A stretch of 64,000 bases of DNA from an uncultured Acidobacteriota bacterium (GCA_963836075.1 CAWIIB010000001.1:1-64000); one strand, 5' to 3'; positions 1 through 15,110 are shown, numbered from the stretch's first letter. Notes: generated by a model from the sequence alone, not told the origin. Translations and numbers: made by a program.

Positions 1-2
1 GG

Positions 3-2901
<2,899 letters not shown>

Positions 2902-3098
2902 TAACTGAGTCTCCGGAATAACCGGGGCGGTTCATACAGGGGGGGCTCGCGCGTTGGGATACTGCTCCACAGGCTGGGTGATCCATCCCGACCCGGTAAG
3001 CGCGCGATTTTATGGCTGGCCTGTTTCCCGCGAGGGGGAGGAGGATCAGCACCTTATCATTGGTGTTTCACTGTGGGCTGGAGATACTCTGGGCTCTC

Positions 3099-3600
3099 TC
3101 ATGTTCTCATGTGCGACTGGGCTTCGAAGTCTTCGCGTGTGATGTCGAAGTAGATACGATCGACCTGATCGCGTGTCTCGTTTTGTCGCCGATCTGAACC
3201 GGCCCAACTCTGTAAACCCGTTCTTTTCCAGGACTCGGCGAGATGGCTGATTGCCATCGATGATCCAGGCGTAGACATTGCTGAGGCCGTATTCGGTGAA
3301 GGCAATCCGCAGCGCCGCCGAAACGGCCTCGGTGATGATGCCCTTGCTGCCGCGGGACCGTAGTCCGAGAAGATACCAGATCATTGCGAGGCCGTCGACC
3401 TGATCAAGATCGGAAAATCCCACCAGCCCGCAGGCTTCCTCTTCGTCGCGCACCAGCAGCAAGCGGTTGCGCTTGTTGCGGAGCATGACGCTGATCATTC
3501 GGCCGCTCACCGTCTGCCCACGCCATTCGCTGGTCAACCAGCGGTTGATCTCCCCATCGGAGAGCCATTCAGCGGCCAGATCGAAATGCTCCGGTGTCAA
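3099..3600 (-). CDS. RimJ/RimL-type GNAT N-acetyltransferase (frameshift near 3' end)
   Basis: RGSKGIITEAV, and NQPSRRVLEKNGF..G (GNAT motif B). The probable true C-terminus RDQVDRIYFDITREDF lies in another frame. Confidence 0.8.
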
Positions 3601-4814
3601 CAGGTTCGACGGAAATCAACGGTCGGCCTCCCTGTGATCGCTTTGTACGCGCAGAATTCCTCACGGAGTCCAGCCGGCCAACCGGCGGTGTCAAATCCAA
3701 ACTGTGAGAAAATGGCGTAGACGATCCGCTCCAGCCCCCAGCCCACGCATGCACTTGCCGCAGGCCTGCCTCCGACCGTGATATCAAAGGCTTTGCCGAA
3801 GGTGGCGGCATGGAAATTCGAGGAAATCACGGAGATCATCTTCTCTTCCTGCGGGATCAACGCCCGCAGTTCTTTCTTGGCTTCCTGCTGGCGCTGAAAG
3901 GAGGCCTTCACCGCGTAGTCGTCGGTAAAGAACATATCGTTGGCTACCTCGAGGCGACAGTGCAGACCCCAGCGCCTGGCCTGTTCGATGACGAGTTCTT
4001 CAGCCTTTGCCCGGGATTCCAGAACATACTTGGGATGCCCGACCCAGACGACCTCACGCATGGTGAATGCTCGCAAGCGGCTGAGGGTCATCTGGTTGGT
4101 GCCTTCGAAACGGTGGCAGCCGAGGACGGCGGTGATGCAGCGTCCGGGCCGTTCAAGCTCCCAGCCCTCCATGCCCTCGTAGCAATGGTAGCAGCAGGAG
4201 GGACTGATCGCGTAGTCGTGACTCGCCATCCGGCCATCGTGGAGATCTGCCGACCAACGGCCCTCCTCGCAGCCCTTGGAAAACTGCTGCAAGTTGTCGA
4301 CATCCGGTCTGAGGTGAGACACGAAATCGATATGCTCTGGAAATGAAGTGAAATGATTGCACCGGTCCAGGGTTCGACAGAGTATGGTTGCGGATAGAAT
4401 TCCATTTCCGCCTTGAAAGGCCGAGCGAAGTCCCGGATGACCGACTGGTCGATCATGTCCATCAATGCGGCTGCGTCACCACGCAGGATCACATGACCGT
4501 CACCAACCGATGTGGCCCATTTGCGTTCGAGCAGTTCACCCCATGCGTCGTTTCGGGTGATATCGGCGGACTGTTCGAAATAGGTCATGTCCTTGTGGCC
4601 GAACTCACTCTTCTGGTAACGATCAACCAGACGTTGAAGCTTCTGCCGTACGATGTCGGGATCGGCGTCCTTCGGCAAGATCCGCATGCAGCGTTTCGTC
4701 TCCTTATCGATTCGGCACTGCGAGAACATCCTCGGTGAGAAAGGCAAGTGCATACTCGAGCTGGCTCAAATACTGCTCCTCGATGTTCGTCAGCTGCAGG
4801 CTCAGGGTGACCAT
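3597..4814 (-). CDS. Atypical seryl-tRNA-synthetase-like amino acid:[carrier protein] ligase (class II aaRS fold; at least 2 frameshifts)
   Basis: HFISFPEH, SPSCCYHCY (Zn-ligand PxxCY), CHRFE (motif 2), FTMREVV, SSNFH, SACVGWGLER (motif 3). ATG at 4814 directly follows the carrier-protein stop. Confidence 0.82.
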
Positions 4815-4815
4815 C

Positions 4816-5079
4816 TCAGATCTCTCCTCCCCGTCGTTTACAGACGAATTCCGCGATCTCGTGGATTGTGTTGAGAGGGTGGATCACCAGGTCGGAGTTG
4901 GAGACCTTGATACTGAACTTGTCCTCAACAAAAGAGGTCAATTCGACGGCGCCGAATGAATCGATGTAGCCGTAGTCGAAGAGGTGGACGTCCATATCGA
5001 AATCCGGATCGTCGTCTCCGATATTGTAGTTGGTCCGAACAAAAGAGTTGATTTCCTCGGCGATAGATGCCTGGTCCAT
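4816..5079 (-). CDS. Acyl/aminoacyl carrier protein (DltC-like)
   Basis: 87-aa acidic protein with the LFDYGYIDSFGAVEL phosphopantetheine site. Confidence 0.9.
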   Translation of the reverse strand: MDQASIAEEINSFVRTNYNIGDDDPDFDMDVHLFDYGYIDSFGAVELTSFVEDKFSIKVSNSDLVIHPLNTIHEIAEFVCKRRGGEI

Positions 5080-5149
5080 GTGGCGTATCTCCTTGTGGCA
5101 TTGACCTAGCCGTTCGAGGTTGCTCCCAGCGAATTCCAGATCAATCGGG

Positions 5150-6187
5150 CGCAAGCCAAGCTGGTGTCCTTGTTGTAGTGCGGGTCCCCCCGGCAGGAGA
5201 GCGGCTTACCAGCCGCGTGAATGTCTGAAAGAACCGGCCTCAGGTCGAGCAACGGCAGACCCGAGTTCTTCGGTAGACGTCGCGGGTCTGTTGATACGGC
5301 ACATCTGCGTCGAGGCTCAGATTATTTTGGCTCGCCAGTGCCGCGACACCATCGAAATCCAATTCCACAGCCAGTGGCACATAGACGATTTTGAGCGATG
5401 CGCCGATGGATCAGTCCAATGTCTGGATCTCGCTTAAGCGCCTGGAGCAAAGGGTCGCTGCGCGTTTTTGATAGCTCCCCGGTATCGAAAAAACCGAGCA
5501 GCATGCTGTTGTCCGGCTCTACTCCCATGACGTTTCCCACCATGTTCCGCACCCGATGGTAGATTACCATATGAGTTCTGATCCATTCCTTCGTCACGTG
5601 CTTCCGGGTCGGCTCCTGCCGATACAGTTTTCCGTTCGAACTCACCTTGACACGGTTATAGCCGCCGGATGTTGTGATGAGATAAGGCGAGAGCAGAATG
5701 ACGACAGTTTTGATCTCGATGTTTTTTTCTTCATGCAACCAGCGCGCGATTTCAAGCTGGTTGCGAAGATAGTGCCCGCCCACGCTGCAATTGGCCACGT
5801 GCTGGCCATGCTCCGCGGCCAGGGCGGCGAATCTTCCCGACAGGCTGGCCTCGTAGTCGAGACATTGCCCGTACCCCTGCGAATCTCCGAGGACGAGGTA
5901 GTCCACGGTGGAACCCGGTCGCAGTCCTGGTCTCCGGTGAGGATCCGCATCGCAATCCGAGGTCATCGGTGATGACCGTGAATGGTCCGGAGATCCATTC
6001 TTCCGAGGTCACGACGTTCTCCTGGTGCCGATAACCACTATCTCCAAAACTGGTATACAGGCCCGCCAGACTGTCCGGGGCTCGGGCACCCGCCAGGCGA
6101 TACGCGGTTTCGGCCACCGGAAAGGAGAGCACCGCCACCGCGATGGGAATCAAGAACGGTGATCAGGTGACGGCTAGAAATTGACAT
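5150..6187 (-). CDS. Membrane-anchored SGNH-hydrolase-like protein (AlgJ/DltD-like; frameshifted, 3' end approximate)
   Basis: N-terminal hydrophobic segment, DDLGLR, LVLGDSQGYG (GDS block I), NCSVGG. Confidence 0.7.
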
Positions 6188-6199
6188 AGATGAACTCCG

Positions 6200-7538
6200 G
6201 CAGGGATTGAATATCTTCGCCCAGCTGGAAGATCAGCGTCCAGATGATGGCACAGACCATCATGGACCATTTGAACAAAGTCCAGTGTTCAGCGAGAGAT
6301 CCCGAACGGCGGCATCTTTGGATCCGGGTTTCATGGCAGCAACCCCCGAAGAACGAACATCATGTTTTCAGTGTCCGGCAGGAACAGAATCGCTCCGAGT
6401 GCTACGCGAAGGTTGGTCCATCCCACCTTGAGCCAGTACGGTTGGGCCGCCGCGTCTGGAGAGCGGGGTGGGCTTGATGCCCAGTTGGGCCTCGATCAGG
6501 AGATGAAGCCCGTGCCAGAATCCCCAGATGAGAAAGTATATTGTCAATCCGTGCCAAAGACCACAGAGCACCATGACCAGCAGGGCCAGGAGGGATGTGC
6601 GGGTGCGTCCGGACCGCATTCCGCCCAGTGGAATAAAGACATGGTCACGCAACCAGTCCACCAGGGTTATGTGCCAGTTCCGCCAGAATTCCGTCAGAGT
6701 GGAGGCGAGCAGGGGCTGCTTGAAGTTTTCCGGCACCCGAACGCCCATCATGCGTCCGAAGCCGATGGCGATGTCTGAATACCCGGCGAAATCAAAATAA
6801 AAATAGAGGTAGAGGCAGACGAATGATGCCCACACTGCGCAACAGGTTCGGTTCCTCTGTGCCCAACAGTTTCAGGATGGCCTGGTTCAACAGGTAGGCC
6901 AGGCAGAGTTTCCGGAAGAAGCCGCGGCTGATACGGTAGATTCCATCAAGATAGTCACGGCCCTGCGGCATCTTAGGGCTGGCGATTTGCTGCTGAAAGT
7001 CGAGAAACTTGTGGATCGGACCACTCGTCAGGGTCGGGGGAAAGAGGGTGTAGAAGAGGAGTGATGCGGGAGAGGAGAGCCGAACCTCAACCACGTACTG
7101 CATATACAGGAAATTTATGGCACGAAAGAGAAAGTAGGAGAATCCGATCAACTGCTGTAGTTGCTCGTCGAGGATGCTGTTTCCGAGAAATGGAATCGTG
7201 AACTGCTGGTAGCACTTGAATCCCAGCATGAAGCCGACCAGCCCCACCGTTCCCGCGGAAAAAACTGCTCTTGCGCAGCCACTGTCGCTTGGGCTGGTTT
7301 CGCAGCCGATTCATCCAGAGATGGAGGGGATACAGATACAGCAGCGTAACGCCACCGATGACGATGAGTGATTGCGGCGAAGCCAGGCCGATGAGCAGGA
7401 CGCTGCAGGAGGCGCCAAAGAGCGCGAAGCGGCCTGGGAGGAATCAGCCGTCGGACCAGGATAAGCAGTACCAGTAGAGCGAGAAATCGGTAGTCGAGCA
7501 GGCTGGGGCTGATATCTGGCAAGGCATCCTCGCGTCAT
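6200..7538 (-). CDS. MBOAT family O-acyltransferase (AlgI/DltB-like; frameshifted)
   Basis: GFSYFLFRAI, FPPTLTSGPI, YFDFAGYSDIAIG, ENFKQP, FWRNWHITL..WLRDHVF, GLWHG. Confidence 0.92.
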
Positions 7539-8464
7539 TGGTCTGTCCCTCGCCAGAAATCAATCTGACGAAATGACATGCATCACTTTCCTGGTTGCTC
7601 AACGAAAACAGACTGAACAATCTGATTGCGACGCCGCTTGTGTGGCCTGACAGCTGGTCACTTTGGTTCCCAAGCGCTTGTGCGAGTTGAACAGATTTCC
7701 AGCGTGGGTTGCCGACATCGATTAGGACTGCCTATCTTTTGGATACGCGCTGAAGTCCTGCAAACAAAACGATATTATCCAAACCCCACCACGCGAGGGA
7801 AGAGGACACTACCCGCAGTCCGGGCAGGCCCATGCGAACAGTTCTTCTGCTGGATGAATTCTGCCAGGCTCTTCGCGTGTTCAAGGGTCGATGCAATACG
7901 TTGAATATTCCAAGCATAAAATAATTTTATCATAGACCCGATGGCCGATGCCACTCGGATACGGAGTCTTAAGGTACTAGAAAGGGCCTGGTCCCTGCAA
8001 CTGTGGGGAGATGGGAGAAGCCCAGGGGAATACATCCAGACCTGCGACGAAGCATCGACCGAGCGCTCCGAGAACTACGTTAGACCTGGAGCGAACGGAT
8101 GATGCTCGCCCCATTACTGAGGAGTGACGGTGCGGACGCTGTGCAACTGGATCAGGGCATCACAGGAGAAACCGAATCGGAGATTTCTGTCCTCGATCCT
8201 CTTTTTACAACGGTTCGGGACTGATCCGGCAGGTTTGTGGCATGGCGCTTTGAGTAAAAGCTGTATTAAAACCCTCTAAGTGCTAAGGGTACAAGCAAAG
8301 TGGATAAAGTCCATAAACATGATGGGCAAGCGTTCATATCGTATGGCAAGTCTCGGCTTGCTCCCCTAAAACTTTGCAAAAAATTGGGGGGCAGCACCGG
8401 GTTTCAACTTGCCAGCTTTTTAACTTCCAGCTTAGTATAATAAGGATTTGGGGCTGGCCAAGGC

Positions 8465-8820
8465 CAAAAGACGTCCCTAGGCGAATGGAGGCCTGGCACA
8501 GTAGCGGGCGAGCCTTTCGAGGGCCATGCGGTCCCAGGCCTCGACGCACACCGCGGCATCGAGGGAGAAGCCGCCATGGTGATCCCACTCGGCCATGTCG
8601 AGGGCCACGTGGTCGTCGATGAGGTCCCGGCGGACCATGTAGCGCAGGATGCGGTGGCGGAGCGTGTCGGTGAGACGGTCGAGCCGTGCCTCATCGATGC
8701 CGGCGGCTTGGTGGAACTCGGCCCCGCCGTTCTCGGCGGGGGCAAAGAGGCCGTCGGTGACGAGGCAGTGAAAGTGGAGATGCTCGTTAAAGGTTGAGCC
8801 GGCGCGGTGGATGAAGTAAC
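8465..8820 (-). mobile_element. IS91-like HUH transposase internal fragment
   Basis: HRAGSTFNEHLHFHCLVTDG...HGGFSLDA...LERLARYCARPPFA. Confidence 0.8.
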
Positions 8821-9247
8821 ACTGCACCATCCCCTTACGCCGCATCGGCTATCGGGATCCGGAAACGAAAAGCACTATGTCTACATCACCAACGCGATCC
8901 ACCTGGCAGCCAAAACCATCGCTGACATCTACAGGGAACGCTGGCAGATCGAGCTGTTCTTCAAGTGGATCAAACAGAACCTGAAGATCAAGAGCTTCCT
9001 GGGCACCTCGATAAACGCCGTGCTCACCCAGATCTGGGTGGCCATGTGCATCTATCTCATGCTGGCCTATCTTAAATACTCCAGCAAAATCAGAGGAAGC
9101 ATGATCCGCTTGCTACGACTGCTCCAGCTCAACCTGTTTGAAAAACGAAACCTGATCGCGCTCTTGCGCGGAGGGCCACCGGGAAGCCAAAGATCAACCG
9201 CCCAGAGGGAGCTCTGCTTCGCATGAAAAGTTTATGGGACAGCAGTG
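8820..9247 (+). mobile_element. IS4-family transposase 3' fragment with right end
   Basis: IADIYRERWQIELFFKWIKQNLKIKSFLGTS, followed by the terminal-repeat-like TTATGGGACAGCAGTG. Confidence 0.85.
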
Positions 9248-9599
9248 GGCACCTCAGCTGAAAGTGCGAAACCTACTTTACGTTATCCAGCAACTGGACG
9301 CCAACGGTGTAATGTGCTAAGGATGCTGATTGATTAGAGTCGTCCGCAATCCGCCAAAACAGTCGAAGAAAGTGATTGCTTGTACGGAGGCGAATGAACT
9401 ACGCTGATCCAATGACGATATCAGACTGGCAAGGTTCCGTGTCAGCGGATATATTCAGCCAGACTGGGCGGGAGGCAGCACACGTTTGAGATTGGTTAAC
9501 GCCTGCAATTAGATGTTGATTCCAAAATCATCTCTCTTGAAAACTCAATAAAACCGATCACGATTGATCTCCTGATCCAATCAGGAAAATGCACACTCG

Positions 9600-10941
9600 A
9601 TGAACAATACGCTCGGAAAGCTAGTTTTTTCATTGGTCACCGGTTGGAAAAGTTTACCGATTCGTGCCTTGGAGGCAGAATACCCTGGTCCGAAAACAGC
9701 TCTCCAGAGTGGATCCATCGCCGGCAATGGGAGCGATTGAACCAACTGCTCTGCTCAGCCTACCAGCATAGCCCCTATTATAGGAATTTGTTCGAAGAGC
9801 AAGGGATTAATCCAACAGACGGGTTCGATGAACAGTCTTTCCGCAAGATTCCCCTTCTGACCAAGCCCCTCATCCAGCAGCACCACAAGGAGATTTTGGC
9901 CCGCAATGGCAAGACTAGGTTGTTCTTAGCCAAGACTTCCGGTTCCACCGGCAGTCCCCTGCTTATCTACAAGGACAGTTCCTATCTAGCCAGCACGTAC
10001 GCTGCCATGTACCGCGGCCACAGTTGGCATGGTGTAAAAACCGGGAAGGCGTGAAGGCCGCCTATGGGGCATTCCCGTATCTAGCTTATGGAAGAATCAA
10101 AGTCATGTTCCATGACCTGCTACTCAATCGCATTCGTCAGTCGAACATGCACATACAGGAGGATATGTTCACCCGATATTACCGCCGCCTTAGGAAATTC
10201 AAACCGGCTTATTTGATGGGCTACCCCTCATTCGTATATTTCTTTGCCGATTTTCTCTTGAGGACTGGCCTCGACGGTAAAGCACTGCGACTGAAGTTCG
10301 TTAAAACAACAGCCGAAGTGCTACACGATTTTCAGCAGGAGACGATCGAGGCTCGTTTCGGTTGTAGGTGCATCAGCGAGTATGGCGCCGCGGAGACGGG
10401 CGTGATTTCATTCGAGTGCCCGACTGGTGGACAGCACATTATGTCACCTACGGTTTACGTTGAATTCATCGATTCGCCGTATGAACAGCCAGCACCCTAC
10501 AAGCAGATTGTCATCACTGGCCTTCACAGCCACGCCTTTCCGATCATCCGCTATTCCATCGGCGACCTTGGTTATCCACTAGCTGAACCGTGCACGTGTG
10601 GTAACAGTCTGCCTCTGATGTCTAAAGTCTTGGGCCGGGCTTCCGAAATTGTTGTAGGATTCGACCGTAGATACCACAGTTCCGTTTTTTCCTACCTGAT
10701 GAAGCAATTCATCAGTGAGGGGATCAGTTCGAGTCAGTTTCGTTTCTTACAGAATAAGCCGGGAGTAATCAGCGTGGAGATGGTAACGCAACACCAGACC
10801 CAGGTTGCTCACGACGAGGTAAAGGCTCTCAAAGTGTTGCAGAACTACTTCGGGGATGATATGCAATTTCACCTGAAAACCGTTTCGAAAATTCAGAGGA
10901 CAAAAGGCGGAAAACTACGCTACTTCATTTCACATCTCTGA
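9600..10941 (+). CDS. Phenylacetate-CoA-ligase-family (PaaK/CapK-like) adenylate-forming enzyme (frameshifted)
   Basis: SPYYR, IPLLTK, KTSGSTGSP, EYGAAETG, PIIRYSIGD, GKLRYFIS. Confidence 0.85.
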
Positions 10942-11159
10942 ACTTGCAGTATGGAACAAGCCTTTCCCACCATCTCGGCCGATGCTATTTCGTTGACGCC
11001 GCACCAGTTCGGTTATTCCATCGGCAAGAGGCAACTTTGTCGGTGATCACCAACAACACCAGATCATCTGGGCGGGATATGTCGGTAGGGGTGCGGTTGC
11101 TCGGACCTTAACGAAAAACATGTACGGATCGTATGTTTCGGTGTTGTCGTCATCTTGGT

Positions 11160-12300
11160 TCACTCCCTTACGACCTTCGCATAGAGTTCCCGGTAGCGCC
11201 TTGCCATGGCCGTCACGGTGAACCGATTCAGGAACCGTTGCCGGGCCTGCTCGGCCAAACGTCGCCTCATATTTGGATCCCCCAGCAGTCTTCGCATCTC
11301 CCGGAGCAGGGAGGCTTCATCCCTGGGATCCACGAGGAGTGCTTCCTGCTCGTGACGAACCATCTCCGGGACCGAACCCACCGAGGAAACCACGATGGGT
11401 ACGGCGCAGGACATGGCCTCCAGCAGTGCAATGGGCATTCCCTCGGTCTGCGAAGGAAGCACAAAGCAGTCACAACGGCTCAAGAGACCACACACATCTT
11501 CCACATATCCCTTGAACTCCACATGGGCGGACATCCCGAGGCGTTGGACAAGGGCTTCCAAGGTGTTACGGAACGGCCCCTCACCGGCAATCCAGAGCCG
11601 GATCTCCGGAAATGTCTCCCGGAGGTTCGAGACTGCCCGTATGAGGAGGTGGACGTTCTTTTTCTCGATCAAACGTCCCATAAAGAGAATCCTGGGAACC
11701 CCGGACCCGGAAGCGGATTCATCCATTCGCTTGCCTTCCCCTTGGACACAACCGGCAATCCCGTTCGGGATGACATCAATCTTTTCTTCCGGAACCTTCC
11801 GCTCCAGCAATTCCTTACGAATCGGGCCGGAGACGGCCGCCACACGGGCGACATTTTTCAGGAGCAGGGTCTCCAGAAAGATGTATTTCGCAAGGTTCGG
11901 CGTGAACCTTGACTCCGCATGGTAGGTCGCAACAAAAGGAATCCGAACCGCATACGACATCATTCCGGTGAGGATGGTGGCCTTGTACCCGTGGCAGTGA
12001 AGGATGGAGGGCTTCTGACGCCGGCACAGCTTGAAGAGGAAGGAGAGAAGGCCCGGAGCAGATTGTTCCAGGGCACCTTGGGGCCAGAACAGTTCCACCC
12101 CGGATCCCGCGACACACGACTGCATCCCCTCACGAACCTCGGGCCGGCCGTTGAGCAACACCAGGTCCGCAGGGCACCCGCTCGCCCTGAGCTCCGGCAG
12201 GAGAGCCATGAGCATCCGTTCAATGCCATAGAGCCCTCCACTGTCGATGAGGTGGAGGACGCGAACGTCTCAGGGCGCAAAGCCTTCGTCTCCATCCGCA
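11160..12300 (-). CDS. GT4 glycosyltransferase
   Basis: VIPNGI, FMGRLIEKKN, PSQTEGMPIALLEAM. The start probably lies near 12295 with a frameshift. Confidence 0.9.
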
Positions 12301-13385
12301 TGAGTCAGGTGCCAGTTGTCCGCTTCGAAAACCAGAGCCCCCAACTCCGCACTCTCTTTGTTGTAGAGGAGGGCCGGCAGTTCCCACCGCCGGGCCCGCA
12401 AATAGAGATATTTCTTCACAATCCTCCGGATTCCCGGATGGAGGCCCAGGCAGGAAATCACGCCGACCTGCTCCTTGGCGGCTACCTCGAGAGCCCTTCC
12501 TAGAAGGGAGGTGATGACATCTGTTGCTGAGGGCGCGCAGAACAGGTCCATGATTCGAGCGGGTTCCATCCCCCGCAACTCGGATACCCGGACGTCCAAG
12601 TATCCTTGGAGCCTTCCGTCAACATCCCTTGCAGCCAGCAGATGATGCTGGAAGACAGGGTCATGGAAACACCGCCAATCCACGAACCGCCTGTCTCGAA
12701 CGACGACAACGCAAAACTCTCCCCGGACGCGTTGCCAAAGATCGTCGAATTCCTCTCCCGCCTCTGTAACCCTCTCGATTCGCAAGGCAGGGGACACGTG
12801 TGGACGCAGAAACACGTCCTGGAGGCGAAGTCCCTGGGTGGTCAAGCCTCCCAGCAGCTTCATGAACGGCCACATGACCTTATTCCCGAAGAACGAGGGG
12901 ACCTGTCCTGCATCTTCCAGAAAGCCCATCATCTGTTTGATATCCATCGGCCTGATGTGAATCGGTTCGCAGAACACCGGCTTGTAGCCCAATCGTCGGT
13001 AAATCCTCCCTGTGCCTGGAGCATACCCGAATCCCGTGGCAAGCGTCTGGGTACTCTCCAGATAGGCCCGGCTCAACTTCTCGCCGAGCCCCATCCGCCT
13101 TGCTTCCTGGAGGACCATCAGATCTCCGGAGGACGAGGATACGATCTGACGGTCGCCCACCTGCAAGCGAATGGGAAAGGACCCGATAAATCCGAGAATC
13201 TTGCCTTCTTCCGTTTCTGCTACCCACATACTTGACGGCGTCTCGGACGCGGCGGGATTGCTTTGAAACTGCCAGCGCCACCTCATTTTCCAACGCTCCA
13301 GGCGGTCTTCCCCGAAAACGTTCCCGTAGATTCGAAAAATGACATCCATATCTTCGAGCGAAAATTCCCGGACCTGAATACTCAA
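12270..13385 (-). CDS. Tandem-GNAT-fold acyltransferase associated with polysaccharide locus
   Basis: WRWQFQSNP, GDLMVLQEARRMGLG (motif A), RDRRFVDWR. Paralog at 17091-18205. Confidence 0.75.
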   Translation of the reverse strand: MSIQVREFSLEDMDVIFRIYGNVFGEDRLERWKMRWRWQFQSNPAASETPSSMWVAETEEGKILGFIGSFPIRLQVGDRQIVSSSSGDLMVLQEARRMGLGEKLSRAYLESTQTLATGFGYAPGTGRIYRRLGYKPVFCEPIHIRPMDIKQMMGFLEDAGQVPSFFGNKVMWPFMKLLGGLTTQGLRLQDVFLRPHVSPALRIERVTEAGEEFDDLWQRVRGEFCVVVVRDRRFVDWRCFHDPVFQHHLLAARDVDGRLQGYLDVRVSELRGMEPARIMDLFCAPSATDVITSLLGRALEVAAKEQVGVISCLGLHPGIRRIVKKYLYLRARRWELPALLYNKESAELGALVFEADNWHLTHADGDEGFAP

Positions 13386-13402
13386 AAATACCTCCTTGCC
13401 GG

Positions 13403-14239
13403 TTACCTACGGATATGCCCTTTTCGTAAGCAATGAGCTGCCTTCTCTTTGTAGAAGAGCCAGTCGTAACGGCCCTCCAGCTTGGCCGCGAATCGTTCCA
13501 GACTGTCGTCTCTCCAAACCACGATCCGATGCAGTTCATACCGGTCCCTCTCCTCATTCCGCCTGCCGAATCCCGTGCTGAGCCCGGCCATATACCCGAA
13601 GCGTCTTGTGAGACGCACGGCCCGATCATCATAGTCTGAGCGTCCACCAAAGGGATAGGCGATAGAACGGACCGGCATTCCGAAGAGGTCCTCTATGGCC
13701 TTTTTGGAAGCTTCGATTTCCTCCCGCAACGCCTCCTCGTCGAGATCCGAGAGCCGGCGATGTGTCATGGTGTGACTCCCGAACTGGATGTTTGGGGAGG
13801 ATTTCACGATCCCCTTCAAGGCTTCAATGGAGAGGATGGGAAGTGTGGGCTCCGGCCGGTCCCTGTCCCAGGCGTTTTCACCGCCAAGATGCCCAACCGG
13901 CAGATAAAGCGTTGCGTCAAGGTCCAGTTCATGAAGAACCGGCAATGCATGTTCCTGAAGGTTGCAATAGGCGTCGTCAAAGGTAATGGAGACACGGGGT
14001 TGTCCGTCCCGGACATGCAGATTCTGAAGGAGCTGTTCAAGAGGGACCACCCACCCGCGGGAATGGAGGTACATCATGTGGTCACGAAAGGACTGCGCGG
14101 AAATGCAACGCGGGTGAGGCGTATCCTTAACACCGTGATACGCCAGAATCGTATTCGACGGGAGACCGCTGAAGGACGCGCAAAGTGCGCCCACAGGCGA
14201 AAACGCCACACGGCTGAAAAAGGAGTGCGTGGTCATCAT
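13403..14239 (-). CDS. Polysaccharide deacetylase (CE4/NodB)
   Basis: ILAYHGV, ITFDDAY, GSHTMTH, AYPFG. Confidence 0.92.
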   Translation of the reverse strand: MMTTHSFFSRVAFSPVGALCASFSGLPSNTILAYHGVKDTPHPRCISAQSFRDHMMYLHSRGWVVPLEQLLQNLHVRDGQPRVSITFDDAYCNLQEHALPVLHELDLDATLYLPVGHLGGENAWDRDRPEPTLPILSIEALKGIVKSSPNIQFGSHTMTHRRLSDLDEEALREEIEASKKAIEDLFGMPVRSIAYPFGGRSDYDDRAVRLTRRFGYMAGLSTGFGRRNEERDRYELHRIVVWRDDSLERFAAKLEGRYDWLFYKEKAAHCLRKGHIRR

Positions 14240-14287
14240 CTCTTCTTGTTAGCATAAATCGAACATAGGAGACAACAAGATTGTATA

Positions 14288-14665
14288 TCAAGAATCAACA
14301 GAGGCAAGGTCTTGTGGTCCATATGGAAACACGGAGCGTGTCAACGGGATCAGCGCTCGATGCGATCTCTGCCTGGGGCGGTTTACCAACGGCCCCAGGC
14401 GAACCCGGTGACGGTAAAGTGTCGCCCGGGACACCGCCAGTGCATCGCGGGCCGGGGCCGTTCCCACGGTTTTGGACAGCTCTTCTGCGGCGGCCATCAG
14501 TCTTCGTCTTCGATGTCGGGGCTGTTCAGGGGGATCCCCAGCAGCTCCGAGGCTTTTTTTTGGATATCAAGGAGTAGATCCGTCCGCTTCAGACGTTTCC
14601 TCAGCCGGGCGATCTCCCCCTCCAGTTCTTTGATCCGTTTACGCGACGGATTGGCCTTACGACCA
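14288..14665 (-). mobile_element. IS3-family orfA/orfB junction fragment
   Basis: RGRKANP...LLDIQKKASELLGI overlapping MAAAEEL...ALAVSRATLYR. Same type as the remnant at 48850-49548. Confidence 0.7.
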
Positions 14666-14666
14666 C

Positions 14667-14830
14667 GGACGGTCAGCAAGGTCGATCTGGATATGGCCAA
14701 GGACCGCATCCACGTGTGGGTGGAAACCACCAAGGGCGGGACGTGGCGTTGCCCCGAATTCAACGCTATTGGTTCGACCTTGCTGACCGTCCATCCCGGC
14801 CCAAAACTCAAAGGTCTCGCATACAGCTAG
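14667..14830. mobile_element. ISL3-like transposase 5' fragments in inverted arrangement
   Basis: (W)TVSKVDLD...IHVWVE...WRCPE. A perfect 19-bp inverted repeat lies at 14667-14685 and 14774-14792. Confidence 0.5.
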
Positions 14831-14879
14831 GTGTCTTGCATCGCGAACCTCCTCGTCGACGCAAGATACCACAATCTGT

Positions 14880-15110
14880 GACCACAAGATGTAGGGGCTA
14901 CCCACACTTTACCCGGGAGGTTATCACGTTATCAGGACCTCTTTTGTTGGAAGGTCCATTAATAGAAGCTGGTCTCGTAAATCGTGGAGGGCTGAAGTCG
15001 TTGATCCGACGAGTGAAAACAGGTGAGGCCGGCTTCGACCATCTGATCCGGCTAGCCACTCTCGCGATGTGGTTTGAGTTATTTATCGTGAGACGAACGC
15101 CGAACAATGC
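14880..15110 (+). pseudogene. C-terminal remnant of an asparagine-synthetase-like gene
   Basis: LIEAGLVNRGGLKSLI...LATLAMWFELFI resembles AsnB C-termini. Confidence 0.45.

Noticed and set aside
7560-8330. Possible degraded gene upstream of the MBOAT operon
   Set aside because: No consistent frame or recognisable motif.
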